Source: Callorhinchus milii
Lineage: Eukaryota
Direction: 5' to 3'
NCBI RefSeq assembly: GCF_018977255.1
Contig: NW_024704742.1
Span: forward strand, 78,742,001-78,806,000
DNA length: 64,000 nt
In this document: positions 14,120-26,089 of the stretch, piece by piece
Numbering within the stretch: the stretch's first letter is position 1
How the letters are laid out: every line of letters starts with the position of its first letter
Translations under genes and position numbers: made by a program
The notes under the pieces: model-generated
What the model was told of the DNA's origin: nothing
Databases searched by the model: none
The model's input: only the letters and a program-made list of their open reading frames with translations

Positions 14120-14930
14120 AGCTCTCAGCGCACCATTTGCTCTCTCTCCAATAAAGCCCTCACAGTTCACAACCTCATCGTCAACGAAAACTTGATACCC
14201 TCGCCCTCACTGAAACTTGGTTCATCCCAGGTGTCAGTTTTCCCCTCACTAGGGCCACTCCAGCACTGAGGACATCCTATCAGGTTATATCTTCAATCAT
14301 ACCCCACAACCCAACCGTTGTGGTTCTCATCTCCAGATCTTCACTCAGTCTATCCCCTTACTTCTCTGGATTCTTCCCCTCCTTTGAGCACCTCAGGCTT
14401 TACCAATCTCTCATCTATTTTAATCTATTGTCCCCTAAACCCTTTTGCAGTTTCCTCTCCAACATCTCTTCTTTTCTATCTTCTCTCGGCCTCTGTTCTG
14501 AACGCCTCATCTTGGACGAATTTAACTTTCACTTCACCTCCAACTTGCTGCACCTTTGACTTCTCCCTTCTCTCATCTCACAACCTTTCCCTCCACATTA
14601 ACTCTGCCAACCACATCCATGGTCACCGTCTAGACCTGGTGATTACCAGGAGCCTCATGGTGTTAGACATCACCATCACTGATAAAGGCATCTCGGACCA
14701 TTGCTTCGTCTCAGTTCACTCCCTGCCATCCAACTCACTTCTATCCCCCACCTTCCTGGAAAAAAATCACCCTCCACACCCTCTCTGTCGCCTTAGTCAT
14801 CTGAACTCCTAGCCCTTTTTGGGCCTCTTCCTGCAAAAAGCTTACCTCCTTGGTCACTCTCATTCAAAACTACCTCTCTGATATTTTCACTACCCTTGCC
14901 CCCGTCACCTCCCACATTGCTTTGAACTCC
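14120..14930 (+). mobile_element. Degraded L2-like LINE endonuclease (APE) fragment
   Basis: Remnant motifs LILDEFNFH, HIHGHRLDLVITR and ISDH. Confidence 0.75.
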
Positions 14931-15371
14931 GATGGGATCTTTGACGTCCATCTGAAGAGGCAGACAAGACCTGTGTTTGACAGTTCATAGGAAGAAGGCA
15001 CCTCTGACATTGCATACTTTCCCAGCGCTGCACTGGAACAACCTGTGAGAGTGAGTGAGACAGAGAGATTGAGAGTAATAATAATAATAATCCTTATATT
15101 TGATATAGCGCCTTATCACGTCCTCGAGACGCCTCAAAGCACTTCACAGAATGTACCCTAAAATGAATTGACTGTATATTTTGTGGGTAAAATGCGGCAA
15201 CAAATTACCAGTAAGGAGCTGCGGCCAGAAATAAAAATACATTTGTAGCCTAAAGTTTGGTGGACTTAACACAGTCACTAACTACACTTTACAGTATATT
15301 CTGTAGAGTACTTTGAGAGAATGGTCTCAGCGACCTGATAAGGTGACATATCAGATGTAAGGATTATCTGT

Positions 15372-15690
15372 GGAGTCCTGTAGCTCAGTGGTTAGCACAC
15401 TCGCCTCGCAAGCGAAAGACCTGGGTTTGATTCCCAGCAGGGGAAACCTTGGGCAAGTTTCCTTATGTCACACGCCTGATAATAATCCCTCAAGAAAAAA
15501 ACAATAATAAAATTAATCACTTCAATCCACGACTGTTTGTGGGACACTGCTGTGCACAATTGGCTGCTGTGTTTCGTCCACAAATATACAGTCAATTCAC
15601 TTTACAGTGAATTGTGAAGCGCTTTGAGATGTGAAAAGTGCTGTATCAAATGCAAGGATTACTATTATTATTTATTATTATTTATTTATT
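15372..15690 (+). mobile_element. tRNA-Ala-headed SINE, short subfamily
   Basis: GGAGTCCTGTAGCTCAGTGGTTAG head, core and (TTA)n tail. Confidence 0.9.
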
Positions 15691-15965
15691 CTTGTTTGGC
15701 CTCCAATGGGCAGCAGATTGGCTGATTTCAATCTTGAGCCAATCTGCTCAAGATCTTTCTCTTTGACTATGCCTTCAGCTCCCCTCTCGACTCTCTACCC
15801 CCTCCTCGCTCCCTCCCTCCCTTCCCTCCCCTCCCCCTGACCATTTCCCCCCAATGCTCGGGTCCTGACCCAACTGTACAGCGCCTTGGGACGTCCTCCC
15901 GACGTAAAAGGCGCTCAATAAATGGAAATAAATGGAAATGGAATGATTTAGGCTCAGTGCTTTTG

Positions 15966-17900
15966 AAACAATAACAACAACTTGGATTTATACAGCGCCC
16001 TCCACGCCGGACTGCGTCTCAGAGCACTTTACAGTAACGGATCCCGGGGCCGGGCCAGGGGGAGGGGGAGGGGGAGGGGGAGGAAGGTGACCAAAGGTGC
16101 GGTCGAAAAGAAAGGTCTTCAGCAGAGACCTGAAAATAGGAAGAGAGGGGGTGAGGCGAAGGGAGTGAGGAAGGCAGTTCCAGAGCCTCGGGGCGTAGGG
16201 CTGAAGGCACGGCTGCCGAGGGTGGAGCGGAGGACTCAGGGGACGAGGAGGAGGCCAGACCCGGAGGAGCAAAGGCAATGGGCAGTGTTTTGAGGAGAGA
16301 GGTCAGAGAGGTCGGGGGGTGCAGAGGAGTGGAGGGATTTGAAGACAAGAGTGAGGATCCTGAAGTCGATCCTCTCTGGGACAGGCAGCCAGTGCAGTCT
16401 GGCAAGGACTGGGGTGATCGGGGAGCGGAGTTTGGTGGGTGTGAGAATGCGGGTGGCAGAGTTTGGTGCGGGTGAGAATGCGGGCGGCAGAGTTTGGTGG
16501 GTGTGAGAATGCGGGCGGCAGAGTTTGGTGCGGGTGAGAATGCGGACGGCAGAGTTTGGTGGGTGTGAGAATGCGGGCGGCAGAGTTTGGTGCGGGGGAG
16601 AATGCGGGCGGCAGAGTTTGGTGGGTGTGAGAATGCGGGCGGCAGAGTTTGGTGCGGGGGAGAATGCGGGCGGCAGAGTTTGGTGGGTGTGAGAATGCGG
16701 CGGCAGAGTTTGGTGCGGGGGAGAATGCGGACGGCAGAGTTTGGTGCGGGGGAGAATGCGGACGGCAGAGTTTGGTGCGGGGGAGAATGCGGGCGGCAGA
16801 GTTTGGTGCGGGTGAGAATGCGGGCGGCAGAGTTTGGTGCGGGGGAGAATGCGGGCGGCAGAGTTTGGTGCGGGGGAGAATGCGGGCGGCAGAGTTTGGT
16901 GCGGGGGAGAATGCGGGCGGCAGAGTTTGGTGCGGGTGAGAATGCGGGCGGCAGAGTTTGGTGGGTGTGAGAATGCGGGCGGCAGAGTTTGGTGCGGGTG
17001 AGAATGCGGGCGGCAGAGTTTGGTGCGGGTGAGAATGCGGCGGCAGAGTTTGGTGCGGGGGAGAATGCGGGCGGCAGAGTTTGGTGCGGGGGAGAATGCG
17101 GGCGGCAGAGTTTGGTGGGTGTGAGAATGCGGGCGGCAGAGTTTGGTGCGGGGGAGAATGCGGGCGGCAGAGTTTGGTGGGTGTGAGAATGCGGGCGGCA
17201 GAGTTTGGTGCGGGTGAGAATGCGGGCGGCAGAGTTTGGTGCGGGGGAGAATGCGGGCGGCAGAGTTTGGTGCGGGTGAGAATGCGGGCGGCAGAGTTTG
17301 GTGCGGGGAGAATGCGGGCGGCAGAGTTTGGTGCGGGGGAGAATGCGGGCGGCAGAGTTTGGTGCGGGTGAGAATGCGGGCGGCAGAGTTTGGTGCGGGG
17401 GAGAATGCGGGCGGCAGAGTTTGGTGCGGGGGAGAATGCGGGCGGCAGAGTTTGGTGCGGGGGAGAATGCGGGCGGCAGAGTTTGGTGCGGGGGAGAATG
17501 CGGGCGCAGAGTTTGGTGCGGGGGAGAATGCGGGCGGCAGAGTTTGGTGGGTGTGAGAATGCGGGCGGCAGAGTTTGGTGCGGGGGAGAATGCGGGCGGC
17601 AGAGTTTGGTGCGGGGGAGAATGCGGGCGGCAGAGTTTGGTGCGGGGGAGAATGCGGGCGGCAGAGTTTGGTGCGGGGGAGAATGCGGGCGGCAGAGTTT
17701 GGTGCGGGGGAGAATGCGGGCGGCAGAGTAGTGAATGCTCTGTATGTTGTGGATGGTGGTGGAGGGGAGACCGGGGGAGGAGGGTGTGGGAGTAGTCCAG
17801 ACAACAGGTGACAGAGGTACGGACCAGGGATTCAGCGGCTTTTGGGGAGAGGTATTGTCGGAAACTGTGTAAGGAAAGGTCTGTGGGGGGGGATAACACT
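15966..17900 (-). mobile_element. L2-clade LINE 3' fragment (ORF2 C-terminus and tail) hosting the 31-bp array
   Basis: Translates as YLSPKAAESLV...LDYS, NSAARILTRTK and PITPVLARLHWLPVPERIDFRILTLVFKSLH; ends in a (TTG)n tail. Confidence 0.9.
16425..17729. repeat. 31-bp G-rich minisatellite (~42 copies) inside an L2 element
   Basis: Unit GGCAGAGTTTGGTGCGGGGGAGAATGCGGGC, with tgcgggtgag and tgggtgtgag variants. Confidence 0.97.
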
Positions 17901-17944
17901 TTTGGGGGTTTAAAATATTTTTTATATTTAAAAATATGTTTTTA

Positions 17945-18367
17945 AACCGCGGGCGGCGCCCAAAGGCATTTCAAACCCACGACAACAACAACAACAACAA
18001 CGACAATACCGACCCGCCCACCACCAGACCTGGTCACGTGGGGGAGGGGCGGTGCTCGGCGCCTTCTGGGAGTTGTAGTTCAGCGCCGCGGGAACGCGAT
18101 GACGACAAAGGGAGGCACGACTGCAGATCCCAGAGGGCGCCGCGAGGCGCGCTCCCGGGCCCCAGAGAGCGGAGTCTGACTTGGCCTCGGGGGGGGGGGG
18201 GGGGCGCTTGAATGACCTCCAGCCACAGGCGGCGCTGCACAGGGCGGGCGGCGGTGCAAGTGCGCAGGCGCGGAGAGCCCAGCGCTCGGAGCCCGGAAAT
18301 GACAGGGAAAGTGCGCGAGAGAGGACAATAGAGAGAGAGAGAGACACACAACCACAGCAGAGCTGAG
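17945..18367. promoter_or_regulatory. CpG-island housekeeping-type promoter of the HMG20 gene, probably bidirectional
   Basis: CpG/GC-rich island in AT-rich surroundings. Motifs: E-box GTCACGTG 18033-18040; GC box 18046-18052; ZNF143/THAP11-type ACTACAACTCCCAGAAGGC on - at 18061-18081 and a similar copy on + at 18120-18138; G16 run 18189-18204; NRF1-type TGCGCAGGCGC 18261-18271; ETS CCGGAA 18293-18298. Confidence 0.85.
18290..18367 (+). other. HMG20B: Probable non-coding exon 1 of the HMG20 gene (5' end approximate)
   Basis: Strong donor GAG|GTGAGT at 18367/18368 at the edge of the CpG island. Its only ATG closes after 10 codons. Confidence 0.65.
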
Positions 18368-18400
18368 GTGAGTGAGAGCATCAAACACAACAACAACAAC

Positions 18401-21400
18401 ATACACTACACTGCACACAGAGCCCAGTGAGTGATAATACACTACACTGCACACAGAGCCCAGTGAGAGATAATAATACACTACACTGTACACAGAGCCC
18501 AGTGAGTGATAATACACTGCACTGTACACAGAGCCCAGTGAGAGATAATACACTACACTGCACACAGAGCCCAGTGAGTGATAATACACTACACTGCACA
18601 CAGAGCCCAGTGAGTGATAATACACTACACTGTACACAGAGCCCAGTGAGTGATAATACACTACACTGCACACAGAGCCCAGTGAGTGATAATACACTAC
18701 ACTGTACACAGAGCCCAGTGAGTGATAATACACTACACTGCACACAGAGCCCAGTGAGTGATAATAATACACTACACTGCACACAGAGCCCAGTGAGAGA
18801 TAATACACTACACTGTACACAGAGCCCAGTGAGTGATAATAATACACTACACTGTACACAGAGCCCAGTGAGTGATAATACACTACACTGTACACAGAGC
18901 CCAGTGAGTGATAATACACTACACTGTACACAGAGCCCAGTGAGAGATAATACACTACACTGCACACAGAGCCCAGTGAGTGATAATACACTACACTGTA
19001 CACAGAGCCCAGTGAGAGATAATAATACACTACACTGTACACAGAGCCCAGTGAGTGATAATACACTACACTGTACACAGAGCCCAGTGAGAGATAATAA
19101 TATACTACACTGTACACAGAGCCCAGTGAGTGATAATAATACACTACACTGTACACAGAGCCCAGTGAGTGATAATAATACACTACACTGTACACAGAGC
19201 CCAGTGAGTGATAATACACTACACTGCACACAGAGCCCAGTGAGTGATAATAATACACTACACTGTACACAGAGCCCAGTGAGAGATAATACACTACACT
19301 GCACACAGAGCCCAGTGAGTGATAATACACTACACTGTACACAGAGCCCAGTGAGTGATAATACACTACACTGCACACAGAGCCCAGTGAGAGATAATAC
19401 ACTACACTGCACACAGAGCCCAGTGAGTGATAATACACTACACTGTACACAGAGCCCAGTGAGAGATAATAATACACTACACTGTACACAGAGCCCAGTG
19501 AGTGATAATAATACACTACACTGTACACAGAGCCCAGTGAGTGATAATACACTACACTGCACACAGAGCCCAGTGAGTGATAATACACTACACTGTACAC
19601 AGAGCCCAGTGAGAGATAATAATACACTACACTGTACACAGAGCCCAGTGAGTGATAATAATACACTACACACAGAGCCCAGTGAGAGATAATAATACAA
19701 TACACTGTACACAGAGCCCAGTGAGAGATAATACACTACACTGTACACAGAGCCCAGTGAGAGATAATACAATACACTGTACACAGAGCCCAGTGAGTGA
19801 TAATACACTACACTGCACACAGAGCCCAGTGAGAGATAACAATACAATACACTGTACACAGAGCCCAGTGAGAGATAATACACTACACTGTACACAGAGC
19901 CCAGTGAGAGATAATACACTACACTGTACACAGAGCCCAGTGAGTGATAATACACTACACTGTACACAGAGCCCAGTGAGTGATAATAATACACTACACT
20001 GTACACAGAGCCCAGTGAGAGATAATACACTACACTGTACACAGAGCCCAGTGAGAGATAATACACTACACTGTACACAGAGCCCAGTGAGTGATAATAC
20101 ACTACACTGTACACAGAGCCCAGTGAGTGATAATAATACACTACACTGTACACAGAGCCCAGTGAGTGATAATAATACACTACACTGTACACAGAGCCCA
20201 GTGAGAGATAATACACTACACTGTACACAGAGCCCAGTGAGTGATAATACACTACACTGCACACAGAGCCCAGTGAGTGATAATACACTACACTGTACAC
20301 AGAGCCCAGTGAGTGATAATACACTACACTGCACACAGAGCCCAGTGAGTGATAATACACTACACTGTACACAGAGCCCAGTGAGTGATAATAATACACT
20401 ACACTGCACACAGAGCCCAGTGAGAGATAATAATACACTACACTGTACACAGAGCCCAGTGAGTGATAATAATACACTACACTGTACACAGAGCCCAGGG
20501 AGTGATAATACACTACACTGTACACAGAGCCCAGTGAGTGATAATAATACACTACACTGTACACAGAGCCCAGTGAGAGATAATAATACACTACACTGTA
20601 CACAGAGCCCAGTGAGTGATAATAATACACTACACTGTACACAGAGCCCAGTGAGAGATAATAATACACTACACTGTACACAGAGCCCAGTGAGTGATAA
20701 TACACTACACTGTACACAGAGCCCAGTGAGTGATAATAATACACTACACTGTACACACAGGCCAGTGAGTGATAATACACTACACTGCACACAGAGCCCA
20801 GTGAGAGATAATAATACACTACACTGTACACAGAGCCCAGTGAGTGATAATAATACACTACACTGTACACAGAGCCCAGTGAGAGATAATACACTACACT
20901 GTACACAGAGCCCAGTGAGTGATAATACACTACACTGTACACAGAGCCCAGTGAGTGATAATACACTACACTGCACACAGAGCCCAGTGAGAGATAATAA
21001 TACAATACACTGTACACAGAGCCCAGTGAGAGATAATACACTACACTGTACACAGAGCCCAGTGAGAGATAATACAATACACTGTACACAGAGCCCAGTG
21101 AGTGATAATACACTACACTGCACACAGAGCCCAGTGAGAGATAATACACTACACTGTACACAGAGCCCAGTGAGTGATAATACACTACACTGCACACAGA
21201 GCCCAGTGAGAGATAATACACTACACTGTACACAGAGCCCAGTGAGAGATAATAATACTACACTGTACACAGAGCCCAGTGAGTGATTAATACACTACAC
21301 TGTACACAGAGCCCAGTGAGAGATAATACACTACACTGTACACAGAGCCCAGTGAGTGATAATACACTACACTGTACACAGAGCCCAGTGAGTGATAATA

Positions 21401-21696
21401 ATACACTACACTGTACACAGAGCCCAGTGAGTGATAATAATACACTACACTGCACACAGAGCCCAGTGAGTGATAATACACTACACTGTACACAGAGCCC
21501 AGTGAGAGATAATACACTACACTGTACACAGAGCCCAGTGAGAGATAATACACTACACTGTACACAGAGCCCAGTGAGTGATAATAATACACTACACTGT
21601 ACACAGAGCCCAGTGAGTGATAATACACTACACTGTACACAGAGCCCAGTGAGTGATAATAATACACTACACTGTACACACAGGCCAGTGAGTGAG
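18401..21696. repeat. 36/39-bp minisatellite (~85-90 copies) at the start of HMG20 intron 1
   Basis: Unit AGCCCAGTGAG(T/A)GAT(AAT)1-2ACACTACACTG(T/C)ACACAG. Confidence 0.98.
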
Positions 21697-22904
21697 AAAA
21701 TCTGATACACAATAATAATATAATATAATGCAGAGAGAGAGGCCAGTGAGTGAGAGATACTATAATAATAATATAAGAAGAATTATAACAATATAATAAT
21801 ATACTGTATACACTGTTCTGTGTGACAGATAATAATCTATATTTTTATGGTGAGCCGGGTGTCTGACACATGCAGAAACCCATCACCATGCTTGAGTGGA
21901 TTCAAACCAAGCTGAGAATTGCACGCCTCCCGCCTACACATGGAAATCCCACACATAGATCGTTGGAATGAAATGCACACTCTCTTCTTGCTCGGCTAAT
22001 TCCGTAAAGTACTTGGTGCAGGTTGCAAGAGACGAGGTTTGGGGACCGCAGTGTGTGCGTTGTGGTAACTGTTGAAGTCTAACCAGCTGGAACCACATCA
22101 CTTGCCATTGATATCACTGTCGGGCAAGTTTTCCCGCTGCTTGTCCAGCTGGGACCACCCTCGTCGCCAGGACTTTGGCTTGCAGGGTTAGTAGAATATG
22201 AGTGGGATGTTTCTCTGCCCTTCCGAGTTCTGACGATGAGCCAGGCTGGCTGTGCGGTCTTCAGCAGTGGATATTGCAGACCCGCCTGGCTCAAGAACCG
22301 CATTACAGCAACAACAACCAAATTACATTTGTAAAGTGCCTTTCATGTCAGGACCGTCACACAGGGCTGGCACGATTGTAGTTCAGCTCCAAGGAGACCC
22401 TGTTTGCCTTGCTTTCTCCTTCACCCAGGAGGATAGTGACTGGTTTGTCTTGACATATGACAATCCGACATCGGGTTTAAGCTCCCACGAGGTGGATGGT
22501 ATGTATCAAGAACTCTCTGTCCCTGTGAGCTTCCCGGTGGGCAAAACATCTCAGCTACCACCTTCCTTTCCTCCTTCAAGGCCGGTCTCAAGACCTTTCT
22601 CTTTGACCGTGCCTTCAGCTCCCCTCTCGACTCTCTACCCCCTCCTCGCTCCCTCCCTTCCCTCCCCTCACCCTGACCATATCCCCCCTGCTCGGGTCCT
22701 GACCCAACTGTACAGCGCCTTGGGACGTCCTCCCGACGTGAAAGGCGCTCTATAAATGAAATCTTGTTGTTGTTGTTCCTGTTCGCAACTCAGGCACATG
22801 TTTCTTCCCATTGAGCGATGGAGTTGGGGAGTTTGAGCAGCAGCTGCTTGTCTCTCTATAGGCCGATCGAGGTGTATTCTGGGGGCTGGATGTACGAATG
22901 TGAA

Positions 22905-23950
22905 TACATTGTACTGTGTGATAGAGAGAATATACTGTACTGTTTGTTAGCAAGAGTATATAGTGTACTGTGTGATATAGAGAATATATACTCTACTGTG
23001 TGACAAAAAGTATATACTGTATTTTTTGGGGGTCAGCTGGGTATCTGACACATGAGGAGACCCATTACTATGCTTTAAAGTATCCAAACCAAGCTGAGAT
23101 ATCCATGCATCCCATGGAAATCCCAGCGATAGATTTTTGGAATATACTGTATTGTGTGACAGAGAGAGAACATACTATACAGAGTGACAAAGAATATATA
23201 CTGTACTGTGTGCAGAGAGAGTATATCTACCGAGAGTATATCTAGAGAATGTACTCTACCGCCCGCATACCTACCCGGACCGAATCCGTACCCACATCTC
23301 ACCAGTTCTGGTCGGGCTCCACTGGCTCCCCATCACTGAACGGATCGACTTCAAGATCCTCACACTCGTGTTCAAATCCCTTCACTCTCTGGCACCTCCC
23401 TACCTCTCCGACCTCCTCACTCCCCAATCCACCACCCGGCGCCTCCGCTCGCCTGGCGCCGGCCTCCTGCTCGTCCCTCGCATTCTTCACCCCACCATCG
23501 GATGTCGCGCTTTCAACTACTACGCCCCGAAACTCTGAAACACTCTCCCTCAATCCCTCCAACTTGCCCCCTCCCCTTTTTCAAGTCCCACCTGAAAACT
23601 TTTCTCTTCGACCGTGCTTGTGGCCATGTTCCCCCGCGCCACCGGCTCAGAGTCAGGCTCCTCTACTGTTAAGTGCTCTGAACTCTCCCCTGCATGGAGG
23701 GTGCTATATAAGTGCAAGTTGTTGTTGTACTGTGTAACAGAGAGTATGCACTACTCTGTGAGAGGGAGAGAATATGCTGTACTGTGTGATAGAGACTATA
23801 TACTATACTGTGTGATAGAGAGAGTATACACTGTGCTGTGGGATATAGAGAGTATACACTGTGCTGTGAGATACAGAGAGTATATACTGTACTATGTGAT
23901 AGAGAGAGTGTACACTGTGCTGTGTGACAGAGAAAGTATATACTATATAC
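22905..23950. repeat. Degenerate ~28-bp tandem repeat (GAGAGTATATACTGTACTGTGTGATA-like), split by an L2 insertion
   Basis: Repeated motif at 22905-23245 and 23728-23950. Confidence 0.75.
23246..23728 (+). mobile_element. L2 3' fragment
   Basis: HISPVLVGLHWLPITERIDFKIL-type sequence, tail hairpin region and (GTT)n. Confidence 0.88.
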
Positions 23951-24139
23951 TCTGGAGTCCCGTAGTAGGACCTGGGTTTGATTCACAGACAGGGCGAAAC
24001 CTGAGGCAAGTTTCTTTACTCCAAATGCCTCTGTTTACCAGCAGTAAGTAAGAACCCGGTCGTTAGTCGATTGGTACATCGCTTTCGTGTGGGGTAATGG
24101 TTTCTGCCAGTGTGGTTAGCAAGCGGTCTCTGGCCTTCT

Positions 24140-24472
24140 CAGATATTCCTTAACACCGGGTTCCCCAATCCACCACCCGGCACCTCCGCTCAACTGACAC
24201 TGGCCTCCTGCTCATCCCTCGCACCCCCCGCCCCATCGTCAGAGGTGGTGCTTTCAGCCACTATGTCCTAAAACTCTGGAAAGCTCTCACTCAATCCCTC
24301 CGCCTTGCTCCCTCTCTCCCCGCTTTCAAGTCCCGCCTGAAAACTTTCCTCTTCGGCCGTGCTTACGGCCACCTCCTGCCTCCCCCCGACTCGGAGTCAG
24401 ACTCCGCCACTGTTAAGCGATCTGAGACGCTACCCTGCAAGCAGGGCGCTATATAAGTGCAAGTTGTTGTTG
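24140..24472 (+). mobile_element. L2 3' fragment
   Basis: Homologous to 23246-23728, with a (GTT)n tail. Confidence 0.85.
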
Positions 24473-24834
24473 TAGGGAGAGGCTGGTGAGTATGACAGAA
24501 AATAAAAAAAATTATGCACACATACTATTGTGATACAATGCACTGTCATGTATGAGAGAGTGTAAGCGTGTGTTCTGTGTGCGATACAGTTAAGAGTGTG
24601 AATAATAGAGGAGAGAGGCAGTGAGTGAGAGAGAGAGAGTATGATAGAATATTATAGAATATATTATAATAACAAGAGGTCTTTCAACAGTCAGAATGGT
24701 GTTTTGGAGGGATGGAATTAAATGGGCCAAAGAGCCCGGATCCAAACGATTTTGTGATTGCTGCTGGAAAGTGTGCAGCTTGAAAGGGTGACACAAGTCA
24801 AGGTTTGGTTCGGTGCTCCTTTTCTCGCTTTCTT

Positions 24835-25052
24835 TATGGAATTCTCTCCCCCAGAAGGGCTGTGGATGCTCAGTCCTTGAACATATTCAAGACTGAGATT
24901 GATAGGTTTCTAAAGGTTAGAGGGATTAAGGGATATGGGGATAAGGCGGGCAGATGGAGTTAGGTTAGAAGATCAGCCATGATCGTATTGAATGGCGGGG
25001 CAGGCTCGAGGGGCTGAATGGCCTACTCCTGCTCCTAATTCCTGTGTTCCTA
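24835..25052 (+). mobile_element. CR1 3' end
   Basis: WNSLPQKAVDA-like remnant and 3' tail GGCTGAATGGCCTACTCCTGCTCCT. Confidence 0.85.
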
Positions 25053-25479
25053 TATGTACATAAGCACAATTGAACAGCTGCTGTCATTCACTATCTACGT
25101 TCACACATGAGCGCTTTTCTAGAGTACGTCTGACTCTTGTTGAACTTTACTGCAGCATGAGCCACCTCTTTCAGGAAGAGAAGAAAATGAGGAAGGGAGA
25201 AGCTCCTTACACTGTAATTGCAGTGAATGATGTACAGTAGATCCAAAGTTACAAATTGTTTACCAGAATTTACCGTAGCCTGAGAAACCCAGGGGAATTT
25301 TTAAACCTGTGTTATATTGTACTGTTATACTGTAGTATGCAATTCCCAACTAATTCTTGAACTTGTTTTTAGAATTCTAGATGTTGCTGTAAAATAAAAA
25401 CAACGAACATTACTGGATCTTCTTAAATTTGCTGTGTGGTCAGGTGATGGACTGCGCACCAGATTCTGGGTATGTACTC

Positions 25480-25803
25480 ATAATAGTAATAATCTTTGCA
25501 TCAAAGTGCTTCATAGAACATATTGTAAAGTGGATTTACTGTGTATTTTGTATGCAAAAAACGGCAGCCGATTGCGCATATCAGCGTCCCACAAACAGCC
25601 GTGGATTGAGCCACCATGTTTGTTTAGGGATTATTATCCCCTGAAAGTGATCCGCTAATCGACTAACAACTGGGTTCCTACTTACTGCTTAGTAAACAGA
25701 GGCATGCAGAGTAAGGAAACTTACTTGTGGTTTTGTCCTGCCCAGGAATCAAATCCAGGTCGTCTTGCTTGCTAGCGCGCTAACCATTACGTTATGGGTC
25801 TCC
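25480..25803 (-). mobile_element. tRNA-headed SINE, long subfamily
   Basis: Reverse-complement copy of the family. Confidence 0.85.
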
Positions 25804-26012
25804 ACAGATGTAGAATATAAATCAGGGGATTGCAAGTATTGTCATTGCGTGTGCATTCTTGGAAGATTCAAATCATTGTGTTTTGTGAATTCTTTTGACA
25901 TTGTCTCATGTATTTTTTTCTGTGAAGTCAAACAATCTCATTAGCCTACTTAGCAACAGTTGTACATCATATCTTTGCTATTTAGCCATTTTGTTTTTTA
26001 TATATATATCAG

Positions 26013-26045
26013 GCCCATGATGCATAAAATATAGAAAAATGTGAA
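26013..26045 (+). other. Candidate first coding exon of HMG20 (contains an in-frame TAG)
   Basis: Acceptor ...atcAG and donor AA|GTGAGT. The ATG at 26017 ends in phase 2, matching the next exon, but reads M-M-H-K-I-stop (TAG 26032-26034). Confidence 0.3.
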
Positions 26046-26089
26046 GTGAGTCTCTTTGGGAGCAAAAATGAAGACCACAATAAAAACCT

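Noticed and set aside
16019..17899. 626-aa and 522-aa Pro/His-rich ORFs
   Set aside because: Translations of the 31-bp array cycling through all frames, flanked by L2 remnants.
16425..21696. CRISPR-like arrays
   Set aside because: Units are head-to-tail with no unique spacers, there are no cas genes, and the context is vertebrate.
18080..21712. Long ORFs of 421-950 aa (SDNTLHCTQSPV, YSVVYYHSLGSV and LSLTGLCVQCSV repeats)
   Set aside because: They arise because the 36/39-bp units are multiples of three. They are open on both strands and in several frames, and lie in intron 1.
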